From NCBI RefSeq assembly GCF_001194135.2, contig NC_069000.1, positions 17,061,543-17,125,542 of the forward strand: DNA of 64,000 bases, in the 5' to 3' direction. Below are positions 34,573 through 47,714 of this stretch, piece after piece. Source of the stretch: Octopus bimaculoides. Its lineage: Eukaryota. Position numbers and translations under genes: made by a program. Position 1 is the first letter of the stretch. Each line of letters starts with the position of its first letter. The notes under the pieces are model-generated. The model did not search any database and was not told the origin of the DNA. It was given only the letters and a program-made list of their open reading frames with translations.

Positions 34573-36315
34573 TTATAATAGCTGCAGAAAAAGAAAGCCA
34601 AGAATCAAGAATGGAGCCAGGCAACCAACGTGTAATAAGAAGTTTCATGAACAACCACAGTAATGACCACAACCTATGTGGTTGCAAAATGGGGGTTAAC
34701 TTCACTTAAATATACTTTGTCTAACATCCTCTCAGGTGGCTATAAAATACGTCTGAGTTGACCGAATCAATCGAATGAATTTTTTCTTTACACATCTGCC
34801 ACACGGCTGATTAAAAAAGATTGATGCGGCACCAAACCTTTATCCGGCATCGAGAAATCCGAGAATACTCTGCAGCACCGTGTAGTATACTGTACCCTGT
34901 ATTGAATAAACTGGCTCCGTTTCTGAACTCAGATAGTTTGCATACGTTGTGTTAAAAATAGTTTTGTTTTGTTTTTGTTTTGTTTTTTTTACTTTTAAAA
35001 GTGGATAAAGCGTAAGCAATCTCTTCTTTAGAATTATAATAATTTGTATCTTCATCTGTTAAATAAATTCATGTCCGTTATTTTTCTTCATATGATTTTC
35101 ATCTTATAAATATTATACATGATCGTGTATGATGTATCATAAAAATTTTTAATGGATTAATAAATATCAAACAGATACTACATTAGAAGTAAATTAATAT
35201 GAATCTGTTAAATACAATTTAGTTCTTTACTTTTCATAGTTTATTTTATATTTTAAATATATATCTAAGCTGTCTCCAGAAAACTGGAAAATCCAGAAAT
35301 CCAGTACTTCTGGTCCCCCAGCTTGCCAGATAATTTGTCCAGTAATGTATTTACTTCCATGACTCGATGTTAAGAGTTCCAGTACCACCAAGAGATTAAC
35401 GTTCAATGGATAAAATATTTGATAGTAATATATTGACTTAGATTTTGTCTCAGTGACCTCCTTGCCCAGCAATAAATAGTTAAGTGTTTACATATTTCAT
35501 ACAGCGAACATCAAAAACCAAACGAGAAATAAATAAGGATAATATGTTTTTTTTTTCTTTTTTAAAAAAAAACTTCTTCCCCTCGTTCACGCTGAAAAGT
35601 ATGTGAGACAATTCAGAACAGGTTTTAGTCTTATTCTTTCTCAGCCAAATTAGTCACCTAATGCTTATTTATAGAATTTGAGGTGTGCAACGCTTTCTAT
35701 AGATCTCAAACTGAAAGTTATTTTTTTTTAAATAACTATTTAGATGTTTGGGAAAATATATATACACAGACTTTCAAAAGTAAATAGACACATCTCAACA
35801 TAACGTTTTATCTGTGTGGACACTATCTGGTGCTCGGAACGTGTTAATGTATTATCATTTTCATTTCCCTGGCGAAGTTGATGGACATACCTCACAAAAG
35901 CATTACAACTCATCTGGAGTTACTAGACAACATCAGCTGCCTTACAACAGGGATTATTTTCAACAATCTACTTGAGAGCCTGAAGACACCTGCCAGAGGA
36001 TCCAGATTGACCTGAGGGGGATGCTGTTGATGTCTTTTCTTCGCTGGTGCAGTGTACAATCACTTTGTTTTATACAATGATGGCTAAATCTACCCTATTC
36101 TGGCTAAATCTACTTTAAGATTGACCCACATTGCACCTTTTTGGAATATCAGACAACTCTTTTGTTTATGGTATTCGCTGCATGACTAGTAACTATAAAC
36201 AGTGAATATACTGTAATCTGAAATGAAAAAGTAATAATACATCAATAAGTTTGAAGCACCTGGTAGTGTCTGCACAGATAACACTGTGTAACACGATTTT
36301 TGTCCTTGGGTAGCA

Positions 36316-36728
36316 ACTGTTATTTCCTATTTGCTTACCCCTAGAAAGTATGAAAAATGGCTAATATTTCCTTCAGACTTTACTTTTGATTCATTTATTC
36401 AAACCCCAAAGAATCCCTCTCAGCACATGGCTATGATGCTCCCCCACTACTCCTACTCATGATCAGAAATGCACATATTGTCAGCCACTAAGGGACATGT
36501 TCAAGTGGTTATGGTCAAGCAACTGACAAGCAAATCTGTGGTACTGTGCAGAATATTTGCTATAACGATATCTCTGCTTCGGCAACTCAGCGCTGAATCA
36601 GTCTGAAATGTAATGGGAAATAGGTCAGTTTCAAAACATTGATGTTCAGGTCACAAAAGCCAAGTTCAAGGTTCGAATAGTAGTCATTTCCTTTGATTTC
36701 TAGATAGAAGCAAATAGGAAATAATACT
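36316..36728. mobile_element. MITE with perfect 17-bp inverted repeats
   Basis: ttatttcctatttgctt (36320-36336) / aagcaaataggaaataa (36708-36724). Confidence 0.7.
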
Positions 36729-37738
36729 TATTGACTGAAGAATTTTTAAAAAAAACTGTTACAAATTGGGGTTTGAAGAGGTATTTATTTACTTTTGAGA
36801 TGTCTGCGTATATTCATTGGAAAATATTTTATATAACCTTTTGTCGCTTTTATTCATTTTNNNNNNNNNNNNNNNNNNNNNNNNNNNNNNNNNNNNNNNN
36901 NNNNNNNNNNNNNNNNNNNNNNNNNNNNNNNNNNNNNNNNNNNNNNNNNNNNNNNNNNNNNNNNNNNNNNNNNNNNNNNNNNNNNNNNNNNNNNNNNNNN
37001 NNNNNNNNNNNNNNNNNNNNNNNNNNNNNNNNNNNNNNNNNNNNNNNNNNNNNNNNNNNNNNNNNNNNNNNNNNNNNNNNNNNNNNNNNNNNNNNNNNNN
37101 NNNNNNNNNNNNNNNNNNNNNNNNNNNNNNNNNNNNNNNNNNNNNNNNNNNNNNNNNNNNNNNNNNNNNNNNNNNNNNNNNNNNNNNNNNNNNNNNNNNN
37201 NNNNNNNNNNNNNNNNNNNNNNNNNNNNNNNNNNNNNNNNNNNNNNNNNNNNNNNNNNNNNNNNNNNNNNNNNNNNNNNNNNNNNNNNNNNNNNNNNNNN
37301 NNNNNNNNNNNNNNNNNNNNNNNNNNNNNNNNNNNNNNNNNNNNNNNNNNNNNNNNNNNNNNNNNNNNNNNNNNNNNNNNNNNNNNNNNNNNNNNNNNNN
37401 NNNNNNNNNNNNNNNNNNNNNNNNNNNNNNNNNNNNNNNNNNNNNNNNNNNNNNNNNNNNNNNNNNNNNNNNNNNNNNNNNNNNNNNNNNNNNNNNNNNN
37501 NNNNNNNNNNNNNNNNNNNNNNNNNNNNNNNNNNNNNNNNNNNNNNNNNNNNNNNNNNNNNNNNNNNNNNNNNNNNNNNNNNNNNNNNNNNNNNNNNNNN
37601 NNNNNNNNNNNNNNNNNNNNNNNNNNNNNNNNNNNNNNNNNNNNNNNNNNNNNNNNNNNNNNNNNNNNNNNNNNNNNNNNNNNNNNNNNNNNNNNNNNNN
37701 NNNNNNNNNNNNNTATATATATATATATATATATATTA

Positions 37739-37896
37739 CAACAGGCTTCTTTCAGTTTCTAACTACCAAAATCCACTCACAAAGCTTTGGCCGGCTCGGA
37801 GCTATAGTAGAAGATACTTGCCTAAGGTGCTACGTAGTGGGACTGACCCAAAAATTATGTGGTTAGGAAGCAAACTTCTTATCACACAGCCATGCA
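37739..37896 (-). mobile_element. SINE family D 5' half abutting (TA)n and a gap
   Basis: Minus strand gcatggctgtgtgataagaagtttgcttcc head. Confidence 0.8.
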
Positions 37897-40157
37897 TTTT
37901 TTGTTTGGTGTTGTCGTTGTTGTTGTTTTTTTCTGGAATTCTGTAATTATTTAGTGTAGTAGTATGCTTTGTACGTACATACAAATGAAACAAATTAATG
38001 TTGGCGAAAGTATATGAAATGACGCAAATGTAAATTATACTATCACGTACCCTATTGGCAGAAGGAAATAGAATTTTAGCTATCAAAACTATTCAGTATA
38101 TATAGATACACAGCCTCATCACGAAAGAGAGGGAGAGAATAATACAGTGCGTAACAGAGAGAATTAAAAGTTAAGAGTATGATCAAAATAGTATAAGTGA
38201 GGGAGGGACTAGTTGAAGAGAAATATAGAGTCAGAAGTAAAAACAGAGCAGAAAATTTATGGTAGAGAGAACGATAGGGAAAACTCTAATAGCAATATAA
38301 CTGTCAGTCTTTCAAAAAGACAATAAAGTGACCCAGCAGAGTGTAAAAAAAACTAGGAAGATGTGTAGTAGGGTCAAATAACTTCTTATACTATTCAGAG
38401 AATGAACTCTTGGATATCTGCCTATCTAGAAAAAAAACTGCATCAGGTTGCTGGACCCTGGTTCAGAAGTACCAGGGCTTTGAAGAGTGTGGAACCAACT
38501 CTTAGCCAATGTTGTTCCGAGGTCTACACTGACCCAGGGTAGAAGCACTTGTCAAGGTCCCAACTATGGATTAAATATTATGTAATCACTTGATCCAGTA
38601 TACGTTGAAATCGTGGTGTATAGCATGGTGAATGTGAACTATTTAGGCAAATTAACATGTTAAGTCAATGGCGAATATCACTAGATGTTGAGCAGATGAA
38701 CAGTCAACAAACTGTTAATGGCCAGGGTCAACCAGCTCAGTTCGCGAAATACTGCTATCATCTGTAGTCGTAGTGTGTGCAGATGATGCATTTCAGCTAG
38801 AGAAATACTAATGTGCCTAAACCTCAGACCAGATATTCATGCCCTGTTGCTCAATCGGAATGTCTGGCATGGAATAGCTTGCATTGGTCCGAGCAAGACG
38901 CGCGACCAGATTGCTTCGTAGATGAACTAATGCTATGAAAAATTACCTGAATTCTCCTAATTTTTATTAGTAATATAACTTTCCGGACACCTATCTATGA
39001 AGAACTACTATGGACTCCCAGTTTCTGCATATTATATTTTCCTGTCTATCTACTTAACGATACACTGCACTTATACTCACTTCTGTATAACTAATTTATA
39101 AATGCTTTGATGCCATTAACAACTGCTTGTCCATCTTTAATTTCATTGTACTTTCATTAGTTTCACCACTACATTTCCGGTAGCTAACTCTTGTTTGCTT
39201 GGATTCTGTCTCCCATCGTTTGACGCTAGATTTTAGGAATTTGATCCAGTTTGAGTACTAATATTTGTCTGTACCTATTCTCCGCCTTTCAACGTAGACT
39301 TATCCTATGTAAGTCAGTAGTTCATAAATCCAAAAAGAAGCACACTCTCAAAAAACTTTAGATCAGTATTAACATAATTGTTGGTAATGGCCGGTCAGGT
39401 AGTTACCATTGGTTTCCAACCTATAAAGCTCGTAGTGATATAGGTGACTCGTTAGACTCGTTGGCTGGAGGTACAAAACTTCTCTTACAACTGGAGGCAG
39501 GAATACAGTCTTAGTAAGTCAGGGCCTTGAAAAAAAAAACAACAACCTCAAAACGGAATTCTACAGAGAACTATATCTCTTCTAGACGAGATGAAGTTAT
39601 CTCCCCTTGACGGGTTCCGGTTGAGTCCAAAACAGGTCAGCACACCCAACAGCAGTATATATAACAGTAATATATATAACACCCATAGGGACATGTATGT
39701 ATGTGTATGTATGCACACACACACACACGCACATATATAATAACATATGAGATGGACGTGGCCTACGAGCCCACGAAACTTCAAAAAGTCATGCGGTGTT
39801 GAGTGAAACTGTTATTAAAAGTATATCTAACTCTTACCAAATATGAGTGCCACTTTCTTTCATCTGTCCATTCACTCGTATGTATATATGATAGGATTGC
39901 TTCAAATTACTCCTGCATATCTCACACCATGAACTTTAACATACTTCTCAACATTCAGAAGAGATCTGCCAAACCATTTGGCATATCGAAACGATCGTAA
40001 ATGACTCATTATATAATCTCCACATAATTAAATCAATGGCTAACTAGCCCAATTCACTTGCTTCTTCTTGTGTTTGTTTCTCCATTCTCCACNNNNNNNN
40101 NNNNNNNNNNNNNNNNNNNNNNNNNNNNNNNNNNNNNNNNNNNNNNNNNNNNNNNNN

Positions 40158-40203
<46 letters not shown>

Positions 40204-40677
40204 CGTGTGTGTGTGTAAGTATGTATGTATATGCATATGCATGTATTTATATATATATATGTATACACGCACACACACACACACACACACACTCACACTT
40301 AGTCATATATATATATACATATATATGTGTGTGTGTGTGTGTATATATATAAGCATGTAGGTATGTATATATGTACGTATTGACAAACCACGCATGATGA
40401 CAAAAGAGATGAGCATCACTCAATATCGTTTAGAAATAGAGGGTTATGTGTATTGAATGATACAGTTATAGAGATTCACATACAGGACTTTAAGTTTCCC
40501 AACGATATAATGATCATCACACTTCTTCAGCTGTCGTAAGACTGGAGCTCTCTTAGTATCAATAACACACGAAAAAAGCCTGCACCGCCAGTGGGATGGC
40601 AAAACCATTAGGCATCATTCCGTACAAGAGAAACACCTCTCTTCAGCTTGATTTCCAGAATATATATATATATTTAC

Positions 40678-40922
40678 ACTATAGCCTCGGGCCTACCAAA
40701 GCCTTGTGAGTGGATTTGGAAGACGGAAACCGAGAGAAGCTTGTATACATGTATATATACATGCGTGTGTGTCTTCGTGTCTGTGCTTGTCCCCTAGAAT
40801 CGTTGACAGCCGATGTTGGTATGTTTACATCCTCGAAACTTTACTGATTGCAAAAGAGACCGATAGAATAAGTACCAAGCTTTAAAAAATAAGTACTGGG
40901 GTCGGTTCATTTGGCTAAAAAT
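40678..40922 (+). mobile_element. SINE family D (5'-truncated)
   Basis: actatagcctcgggcctaccaaagccttgtgagtggatttgg...aaaagagaccgatagaataagtacc. Confidence 0.8.
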
Positions 40923-41010
40923 TCTCGGATTTTCTGGAGAGTAGAGGACAGCTGTGTATGCGTGTTTCTGCTTTAACAGGAGTCATATTAGCACACAGGA
41001 GTTGTCCTAC

Positions 41011-41032
41011 CTTGTTTCCAGCATTCGGGCTA
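41011..41032 (-). CDS. Candidate 22-bp micro-exon of the Ctr gene (loop after TM1)
   Basis: tatgtctaag|T AGC CCG AAT GCT GGA AAC AAG|gtagga; phase fits the preceding exon. No homology support. Confidence 0.3.
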
Positions 41033-41099
41033 CTTAGACATACACAAAAAAGAGCAGTACATACTCACACACATACATACTTATCTCTCTCTCTTTCTT

Positions 41100-41171
<72 letters not shown>

Positions 41172-41245
41172 NNNNNNNNNNNNNNNNNNNNNNNNNNNNN
41201 NNNNNNNNNNNNNNNNNNNNNNNNNNNNNNNNNNNNNNNNNNNNT

Positions 41246-41377
41246 ATACGTAGAATCTCTGCCAAATCAGATTGGAGCCTGATGTAGCCATCTGGTTCAC
41301 CAGTCCTCAGTCAAATCGTTCAACCCATGCTAGCATGGAAAGCGGACGTTAAACGATGATGATGATGAAGATGATGA

Positions 41378-41380
<3 letters not shown>
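41246..41380 (+). mobile_element. Young RTE-type 3' end with (GAT)n tail
   Basis: Near-identical to the 3' part of 17335-17515. Confidence 0.8.
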
Positions 41381-41436
<56 letters not shown>

Positions 41437-41670
41437 TGTATGCATGTATGCATGCATGCATGTATGTATGCATGCATGCATGCATGTATGTATGTATGTA
41501 TGTATGTATGTATGTATAGGGTAGTTGAACATATTTGTGCACGGTATTTTTATTTGTAGTGTCCAACACATCATGTCAAAGGGAAAGAAAGAAGAAAGTA
41601 AACGAGGAGCTAAATAGATAATCAAGGGGATACCTCAGATATTTTAACATAAGAAAATAAGACTGCTTAC

Positions 41671-41791
41671 ACTGTGTTGTCATCCCCTTTCTTCTTCTTT
41701 ACAGAACGTTCCATGTGCATTTCTCTGAGCACTTTGAATCCCTCGTAGAAACCTGAGAGAATGAACACCAAAATGCAGGCGCCAATGATTT
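41671..41791 (-). CDS. Ctr/SLC31 family copper transporter, TM1 exon (rest of gene not located)
   Basis: ctcttttcttccag|AA ATC...ACA GT|gtaagc; (E)IIGACILVFILSGFYEGFKVLREMHMER aligns with CTR1 [24 protein letters not shown]. Not in the ORF track. Confidence 0.75.
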
Positions 41792-42054
41792 CTGGAAGAA
41801 AGAGAGACATAGCCAGGAAATCTAGGGTGCGCAAATATATGGTTTAGTTAACAACAGAAAGACGATGTAATGCGGTTAGTAAGCGGTTACAGTGTTTGTG
41901 CAATACCGTTGATAGATAATTAGGTATTAAGAACTAATTCTTCCTGGACGATTGAGCAAGATGATCCATAAACAAAAATGGGAACGTTATGGATACCATT
42001 AGGAAAAAAAATATTTATATAAATAAATCTATCTGTCAACATTAATTCTAAAAC

Positions 42055-42700
42055 AGTAAATTACCTAGATATTACCATATCGGGTCTCCTCCATAAACCA
42101 AATAAAGAAACTACTTATATATAAAAAGGAAAAGGCTCTGACAACCCACAATCAATTATCAAAAAGATCACGGAAACATAGGCATATAACCAGTTTATCA
42201 TGAGATGAAGGCACCTTCCATTAAGCCACCAGCACTAAACAATGCACAAGCGAGGTCCAATTTCAGCGAATCTATCACTAGAACGAGTTCACCCTAACTA
42301 GAGCTAGATGTTGAGGTATTGTGGTTCAATCCACCATATAGTTTGAGCACAGCTACAAACATTGCAGGAAGTATTTCATATATGCCGGCACTCTTTCCAC
42401 GAACACATAGATATCACAAAATATTCAGAAGAAACATTACTGTAGTAAGTTACAGCTGCTTTCTTAACATAGGTTCACAAACCTTCTGTCACAACCAAAA
42501 ATATTAATTTCAGTAAACTCCGCTTTCAAAACATTCATGTAGCTTCAGATCCTTCAATCACAGTCCTTTGAATAAAAAAAATGCTTTGAGAAGTAACTAG
42601 TATGCACAGCCGACATCCCTGATGTACATGATGCAATAAAATCCCATAATGGACTCAATATAGATTTTAAGGAAGGATTCACGCAACATATGGCTTTGTA
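42055..42700 (+). mobile_element. Penelope-like element fragment (RT C-terminus to GIY-YIG), degenerate
   Basis: YLDIT..., HKPNKETTYI, WFNPPYSLSTATNI...FPRTHRYHKIFRRN...SYSC..NI and FKEGFTQH. Confidence 0.8.
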
Positions 42701-43939
42701 GCAGAGCTACATATTACATAGTAATATGTGAGTCGACCTGCACAGCAGACATCGATGAGGCGTCTAGCCTCGCTTTGATACACTGGCTTCTCTCTGAGAC
42801 ACTAGCCTCGTTTCTACACCGTAGATAAGACCCCATTTCCTGCCAGATTTCGGTCAAAGACACATGTCTTCTCATCAGCTCCACGCGCAATCTCCCACGT
42901 GCGACTCACATGTCTATTCACCTCGACACAAGATATGTGGTTCGTAAACGAAGATATTTTATCACACACACATTCTCAAAATGACTGTTCTCATTACACA
43001 CATGCATACATACTGTAATACAAATATCATATGTTACTTCTTTCAGTGCAAAAGCAAAAATCAAAACTTCCTTTGTATGTAAACACATATTTTTGTATCA
43101 TACTACATGCTTCCACTACAAAAGGTGAACACAGAATAGCCAATGTATTTATACACAAAAATGTCTTATGATGATTAATACTAACCATTTTTTCCTATTT
43201 AATAACACGCACTTGAACAACAACAGCCGCTATAGTTTCAATCAACGATAGAAAAATTTGTATGGAGTCTAAAGGACCGCGGAGTGACGAATCCACTCTT
43301 TAACTAGAGCGCGGTTTCTAAAACAAGTCCCCAGGCGTAATCTCTGCATCAAAAACGAAAGAGCTAAAAAAAATATTGACCTTGACATTTTCTCCTACCT
43401 AACACATAAAGCATTTCAAATTTTAAACACAATCCTCTCCCAGTCGAACTGCAACCTCAAACTAGGTGATCCGGCTGTTTCCTCATCCCCCACTCTACTC
43501 CCAAACCTACAACAACTCTGCCACATTCCTCAATTCCAACCCAAACATTATTTAGTTAATAGTCCACACTCCTAAATTGTCCATATATACTCATTTCACA
43601 CTTAACATCAATACATAACAATATAACAGCCGGAAACAACATACAATACCCCAAATCTGCCACAATAATCAACCTAATTCACCTTCCCCTTCACCCCCGC
43701 ATCCACTATCTTCAAGACACCCCCGAAGCTTGCCAACTCTAGCAACTACATGATATTCCACAGTATCCAAGACTACACTAATGCTGCAATAATGGTTCCT
43801 ACAAATAACTTAAACACATAAACCCTACAGTAATTAATACACTGGATTACCATAGCCAAGCATACAACCCTGCTCAAACTTATGCATTAGTATGAACTAC
43901 AGAACAACAAATATATGACGTCAACTACGAACATAATCT

Positions 43940-44056
43940 TTTCTACTCTAGGCACAAGGTCCGAAATTTTTGAGGAGAGTGCCAGTCGATTAAATCGGCC
44001 CAGGTTCGCAACTGGTACTTAATTTAGCGACCCCGAAAGGATGAAAGGCAAAGTCG
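43940..44056 (-). mobile_element. SINE family C 3' part, cut by a gap
   Basis: ctggtacttaatttagcgaccccgaaaggatgaaaggcaaagtcg. Confidence 0.75.
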
Positions 44057-44156
44057 NNNNNNNNNNNNNNNNNNNNNNNNNNNNNNNNNNNNNNNNNNNN
44101 NNNNNNNNNNNNNNNNNNNNNNNNNNNNNNNNNNNNNNNNNNNNNNNNNNNNNNNN

Positions 44157-44203
<47 letters not shown>

Positions 44204-44610
44204 GTCGGACAGACAGACTAACTGTTCTGACAGACAAACATAAATATCGCTATAACTTAAAATTCCTCTCCACATCTACTTGAGACGTAATATTTTTTTT
44301 AAATATTTTAATTACTTTAAAGTAATGAACAAAAGAAGTGTTATTGCTTTCACACTATCACCTCTTGAACAACCACCAATCAACACCATCTTCACAAACC
44401 GCACTCACCACACCACCACCACCACCACTAGCTAAAAGATCATCACATCTACTATTACCACTGCCACCACAACCACCATTACATCCACCACTACTATAGA
44501 CAACAACAATAGCATCAATAACGGCAACCATTGAGGAATCCCTTGCCTGGTTGTTCGTATTCTAGAAACAATAGCCATATCGCTAATAAAATCATACTAT
44601 CTTTAAAAGA

Positions 44611-44958
44611 GTGGAGGCGCAATGGCCCAGTGGTTTGGGCAGCGGACTCGCGGTCATAGGATCGTGGTTTCGATTCCCAGACCGGGCGTTGTGAGTGTTT
44701 ATTGAGCGAAAACACCTAAAGCTCCACGAGGCTCCGGCAGGGGATGGTGGCGAATTCTTCCACCACAACTTTCTCTCACTCTTACTTCCTGTTTCTGTTG
44801 TGTCTGCAATTCAAAGGGTCAGCCTTGTCACACTGTGTCACGCTGAATATCTCCGAGAACTACGTTAAGGGTACACGTGTCTGTGGAGTGTTCAGCCACT
44901 TGCACGTTAATTTCACTGGAACCTTCGACGTCGTAAGCGACGGAGTGCCAACAACAAC
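44611..44958 (+). mobile_element. tRNA-derived SINE, family A, with (AAC)n tail and hairpin deletion
   Basis: Same head and body as 19920; ends cggagtgccaacaacaac. Confidence 0.9.
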
Positions 44959-45236
44959 TACCTTTTTAAAACATTAGGGTATCATCTGAGAGTGAATTGG
45001 CTGCTATTTCTTGTAGAATTTACGGTCACGTGGTGTTGCTGCTGATACCAATAATATATTACAGTTTTGCTGTTGAGATAATTGCTTTAGTTATGATATG
45101 ATATTATCATGAATGGCGCTGTTTTTAACGCAACCTGACAATAAAAGTAAGCAATAACAAATTTTACGAGTACAATAAACATTTATTGCTGTACTTGTTT
45201 CTGTTTTTATTAATCACCATGGCATTAAGAAAAACA

Positions 45237-45271
45237 TTCTTCTTCTTCTTCATCTTCTTCTTCTTCTTCTT

Positions 45272-45364
<93 letters not shown>

Positions 45365-45373
45365 TTTTTTTTT
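45237..45373. repeat. (TTC)n(TTA)n microsatellite
   Basis: Direct reading. Confidence 0.95.
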
Positions 45374-45634
45374 ACTTCTCAGAGCTTTCGGTCTTACTTG
45401 CTCAGGTCGATGTTGTGAGAACGGCCAACAACCTGTTGTCAGATGTCTCACAGGGTCTATTTCCGCAAATTATAAGCTTTGGTACTTGGATATCAACTTA
45501 TCGTGAAAGACACTCAACACTTAAGCACCAATCTCAAAATCTTAGCTGTCCCCCAATAAAGCAGGTTTTTGAGCCAGCTCTGCTCTCAAGTCAATTCCAA
45601 TTTCTCCGACATATTTCTCGAACCTGGTTGTTAA
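45374..45634 (-). mobile_element. R4/Dong-like RLE non-LTR retroelement, 3' end (a)
   Basis: Minus strand FEKYVGEIGIDLRAELAQKPALLG/TAKILRLVLKC*, then 3' UTR; (TAA)n on both sides. Confidence 0.7.
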
Positions 45635-45635
45635 A

Positions 45636-45668
<33 letters not shown>

Positions 45669-45690
45669 GATTATTATTATTATTATTATT

Positions 45691-47007
45691 GTTCAGTAGT
45701 TTTATTTTTATAACGTGCTTTCACTTCACTACCGAGCACAGCTCTGTGTGCCTTGGGTATGTGCTGTGGTTTGCTGTGNNNNNNNNNNNNNNNNNNNNNN
45801 NNNNNNNNNNNNNNNNNNNNNNNNNNNNNNNNNNNNNNNNNNNNNNNNNNNNNNNNNNNNNNNNNNNNNNNNNNNNNNNNNNNNNNNNNNNNNNNNNNNN
45901 NNNNNNNNNNNNNNNNNNNNNNNNNNNNNNNNNNNNNNNNNNNNNNNNNNNNNNNNNNNNNNNNNNNNNNNNNNNNNNNNNNNNNNNNNNNNNNNNNNNN
46001 NNNNNNNNNNNNNNNNNNNNNNNNNNNNNNNNNNNNNNNNNNNNNNNNNNNNNNNNNNNNNNNNNNNNNNNNNNNNNNNNNNNNNNNNNNNNNNNNNNNN
46101 NNNNNNNNNNNNNNNNNNNNNNNNNNNNNNNNNNNNNNNNNNNNNNNNNNNNNNNNNNNNNNNNNNNNNNNNNNNNNNNNNNNNNNNNNNNNNNNNNNNN
46201 NNNNNNNNNNNNNNNNNNNNNNNNNNNNNNNNNNNNNNNNNNNNNNNNNNNNNNNNNNNNNNNNNNNNNNNNNNNNNNNNNNNNNNNNNNNNNNNNNNNN
46301 NNNNNNNNNNNNNNNNNNNNNNNNNNNNNNNNNNNNNNNNNNNNNNNNNNNNNNNNNNNNNNNNNNNNNNNNNNNNNNNNNNNNNNNNNNNNNNNNNNNN
46401 NNNNNNNNNNNNNNNNNNNNNNNNNNNNNNNNNNNNNNNNNNNNNNNNNNNNNNNNNNNNNNNNNNNNNNNNNNNNNNNNNNNNNNNNNNNNNNNNNNNN
46501 NNNNNNNNNNNNNNGTTATGTTTCTTTTCATTATATGTTTTTGGTAATTTCTGGTGGGGAGGCTTTGGTCTTGTGCAGCAATTAAAAATCCTTCAGTCTC
46601 TGCTTTGAGTCCTGAGCTTCTCAACCATTGCTGGGATTTTTCTCTGTCTATTTCTTTTGCATGTTTAGCCCAGTAGGGGCTTTTCTTGCCATCGTTTTAT
46701 CATGGTCCGTTGTTGTTCTAGTTTTAGTTTGGATTTCATTTGTTTTATAGCTTTTGTTGTTTCTTCTTCTTCGTCTTCGTATTTGTTAGGTAGTATGATT
46801 TCTTGTTTGTATTTTTCAGCTTCCTTAAATACTGAAAACAGTTTTTTGTTTTGCTCGTGTTTTGTGGCTATTTGTATTAGTTTTCCTTGCTTCTGGAGTA
46901 GGTATTTTTGCAGTCCTACGGTGGTTATTTTCCAGCTGTATAAGACCCCTGCCACCTTCTGTGCGTTGTATATATAACCTTTGTCAGATTTTGGATGGTA
47001 TCCTGTC
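45691..47007 (-). mobile_element. R4/Dong-like RLE retroelement, 5'-truncated, partly in a gap (b)
   Basis: YHPKSD, KRWQEKPLLG, SGLKAETEGFLIAAQDQSLPTRNYQKHI; 3' UTR matches copy (e). Confidence 0.85.
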
Positions 47008-47130
47008 CATCATCATCATCATCAATCAATCACCAATCATCAATCACCATCAATCATCATTCATAAATCATCATCAATTAATCATCATCAATCATCAATC
47101 ACCATCAATCATCATCAATCACCATCAAGC
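47005..47130. repeat. Imperfect (ATC/AATC) low-complexity tract
   Basis: Direct reading. Confidence 0.85.
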
Positions 47131-47134
47131 TTAA

Positions 47135-47300
47135 CGGTATTTCGTCTGACGCTAAGTTCTAAGTTCAAATTCCGCCGAGGTCGACTTTGCCTTTCATCCT
47201 TTCGAAGTCGATAAATTAAGTACCAGTTGCATACTGGAGTCGATGTAATCGACTTAATCCCTTCTCCCAAATCTGAAGCCTTGCGCTTCCAGTAGAAAGG
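47135..47300 (+). mobile_element. tRNA-derived SINE, family C (young, 5'-truncated)
   Basis: aagttcaaattccgccgaggtcgactttgcctttcatcctttcgaagtcgataaattaagtaccag, ending in (ATT)n. Confidence 0.85.
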
Positions 47301-47367
<67 letters not shown>

Positions 47368-47368
<1 letters not shown>

Positions 47369-47651
47369 GTTTGACTTTTGCTTTGCATTTGTACAAGTTG
47401 GATCCAAGTCTCACCCAGAGACCTCAAGAGACCACAAGTTAGAAGTTCATGTAGGTGTTATGCCAAGGGTACCATATATTTGGATTTGTACATAGTGTTG
47501 TTCTACTCAATGTTTAAGAAACCATAAGAAAATTATGTGTTTGTTTTAAAATTTGAGATCACATAGACAGTATTTTACGTAGGATATGGGCAGTTTCCAT
47601 GAGCACTATTTTTTGAACTTCAGCCATTTTGGGGTTTCCTGGTATCTGAGC

Positions 47652-47652
<1 letters not shown>
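47368..47652 (-). mobile_element. R4/Dong-like RLE retroelement, 3' end (c)
   Basis: Minus strand AQIPGNPK/MAEVQKIVLMETAHILRKILSM*, with its own 3' UTR; (TAA)n on both sides. Confidence 0.75.
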
Positions 47653-47706
<54 letters not shown>

Positions 47707-47714
47707 CATTATCA

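Noticed and set aside
38430-38500. RLLDPGSEV, resembling a retroviral aspartyl protease motif
   Set aside because: Nine residues flanked by stops with no supporting gag, RT or LTR sequence.
42740-42830. ATCGATGAGGC..GCCTC hairpin and repeated ctagcctcg after the PLE fragment
   Set aside because: Core is not CUGANGA and no correctly placed GAAA; not a hammerhead on either strand.
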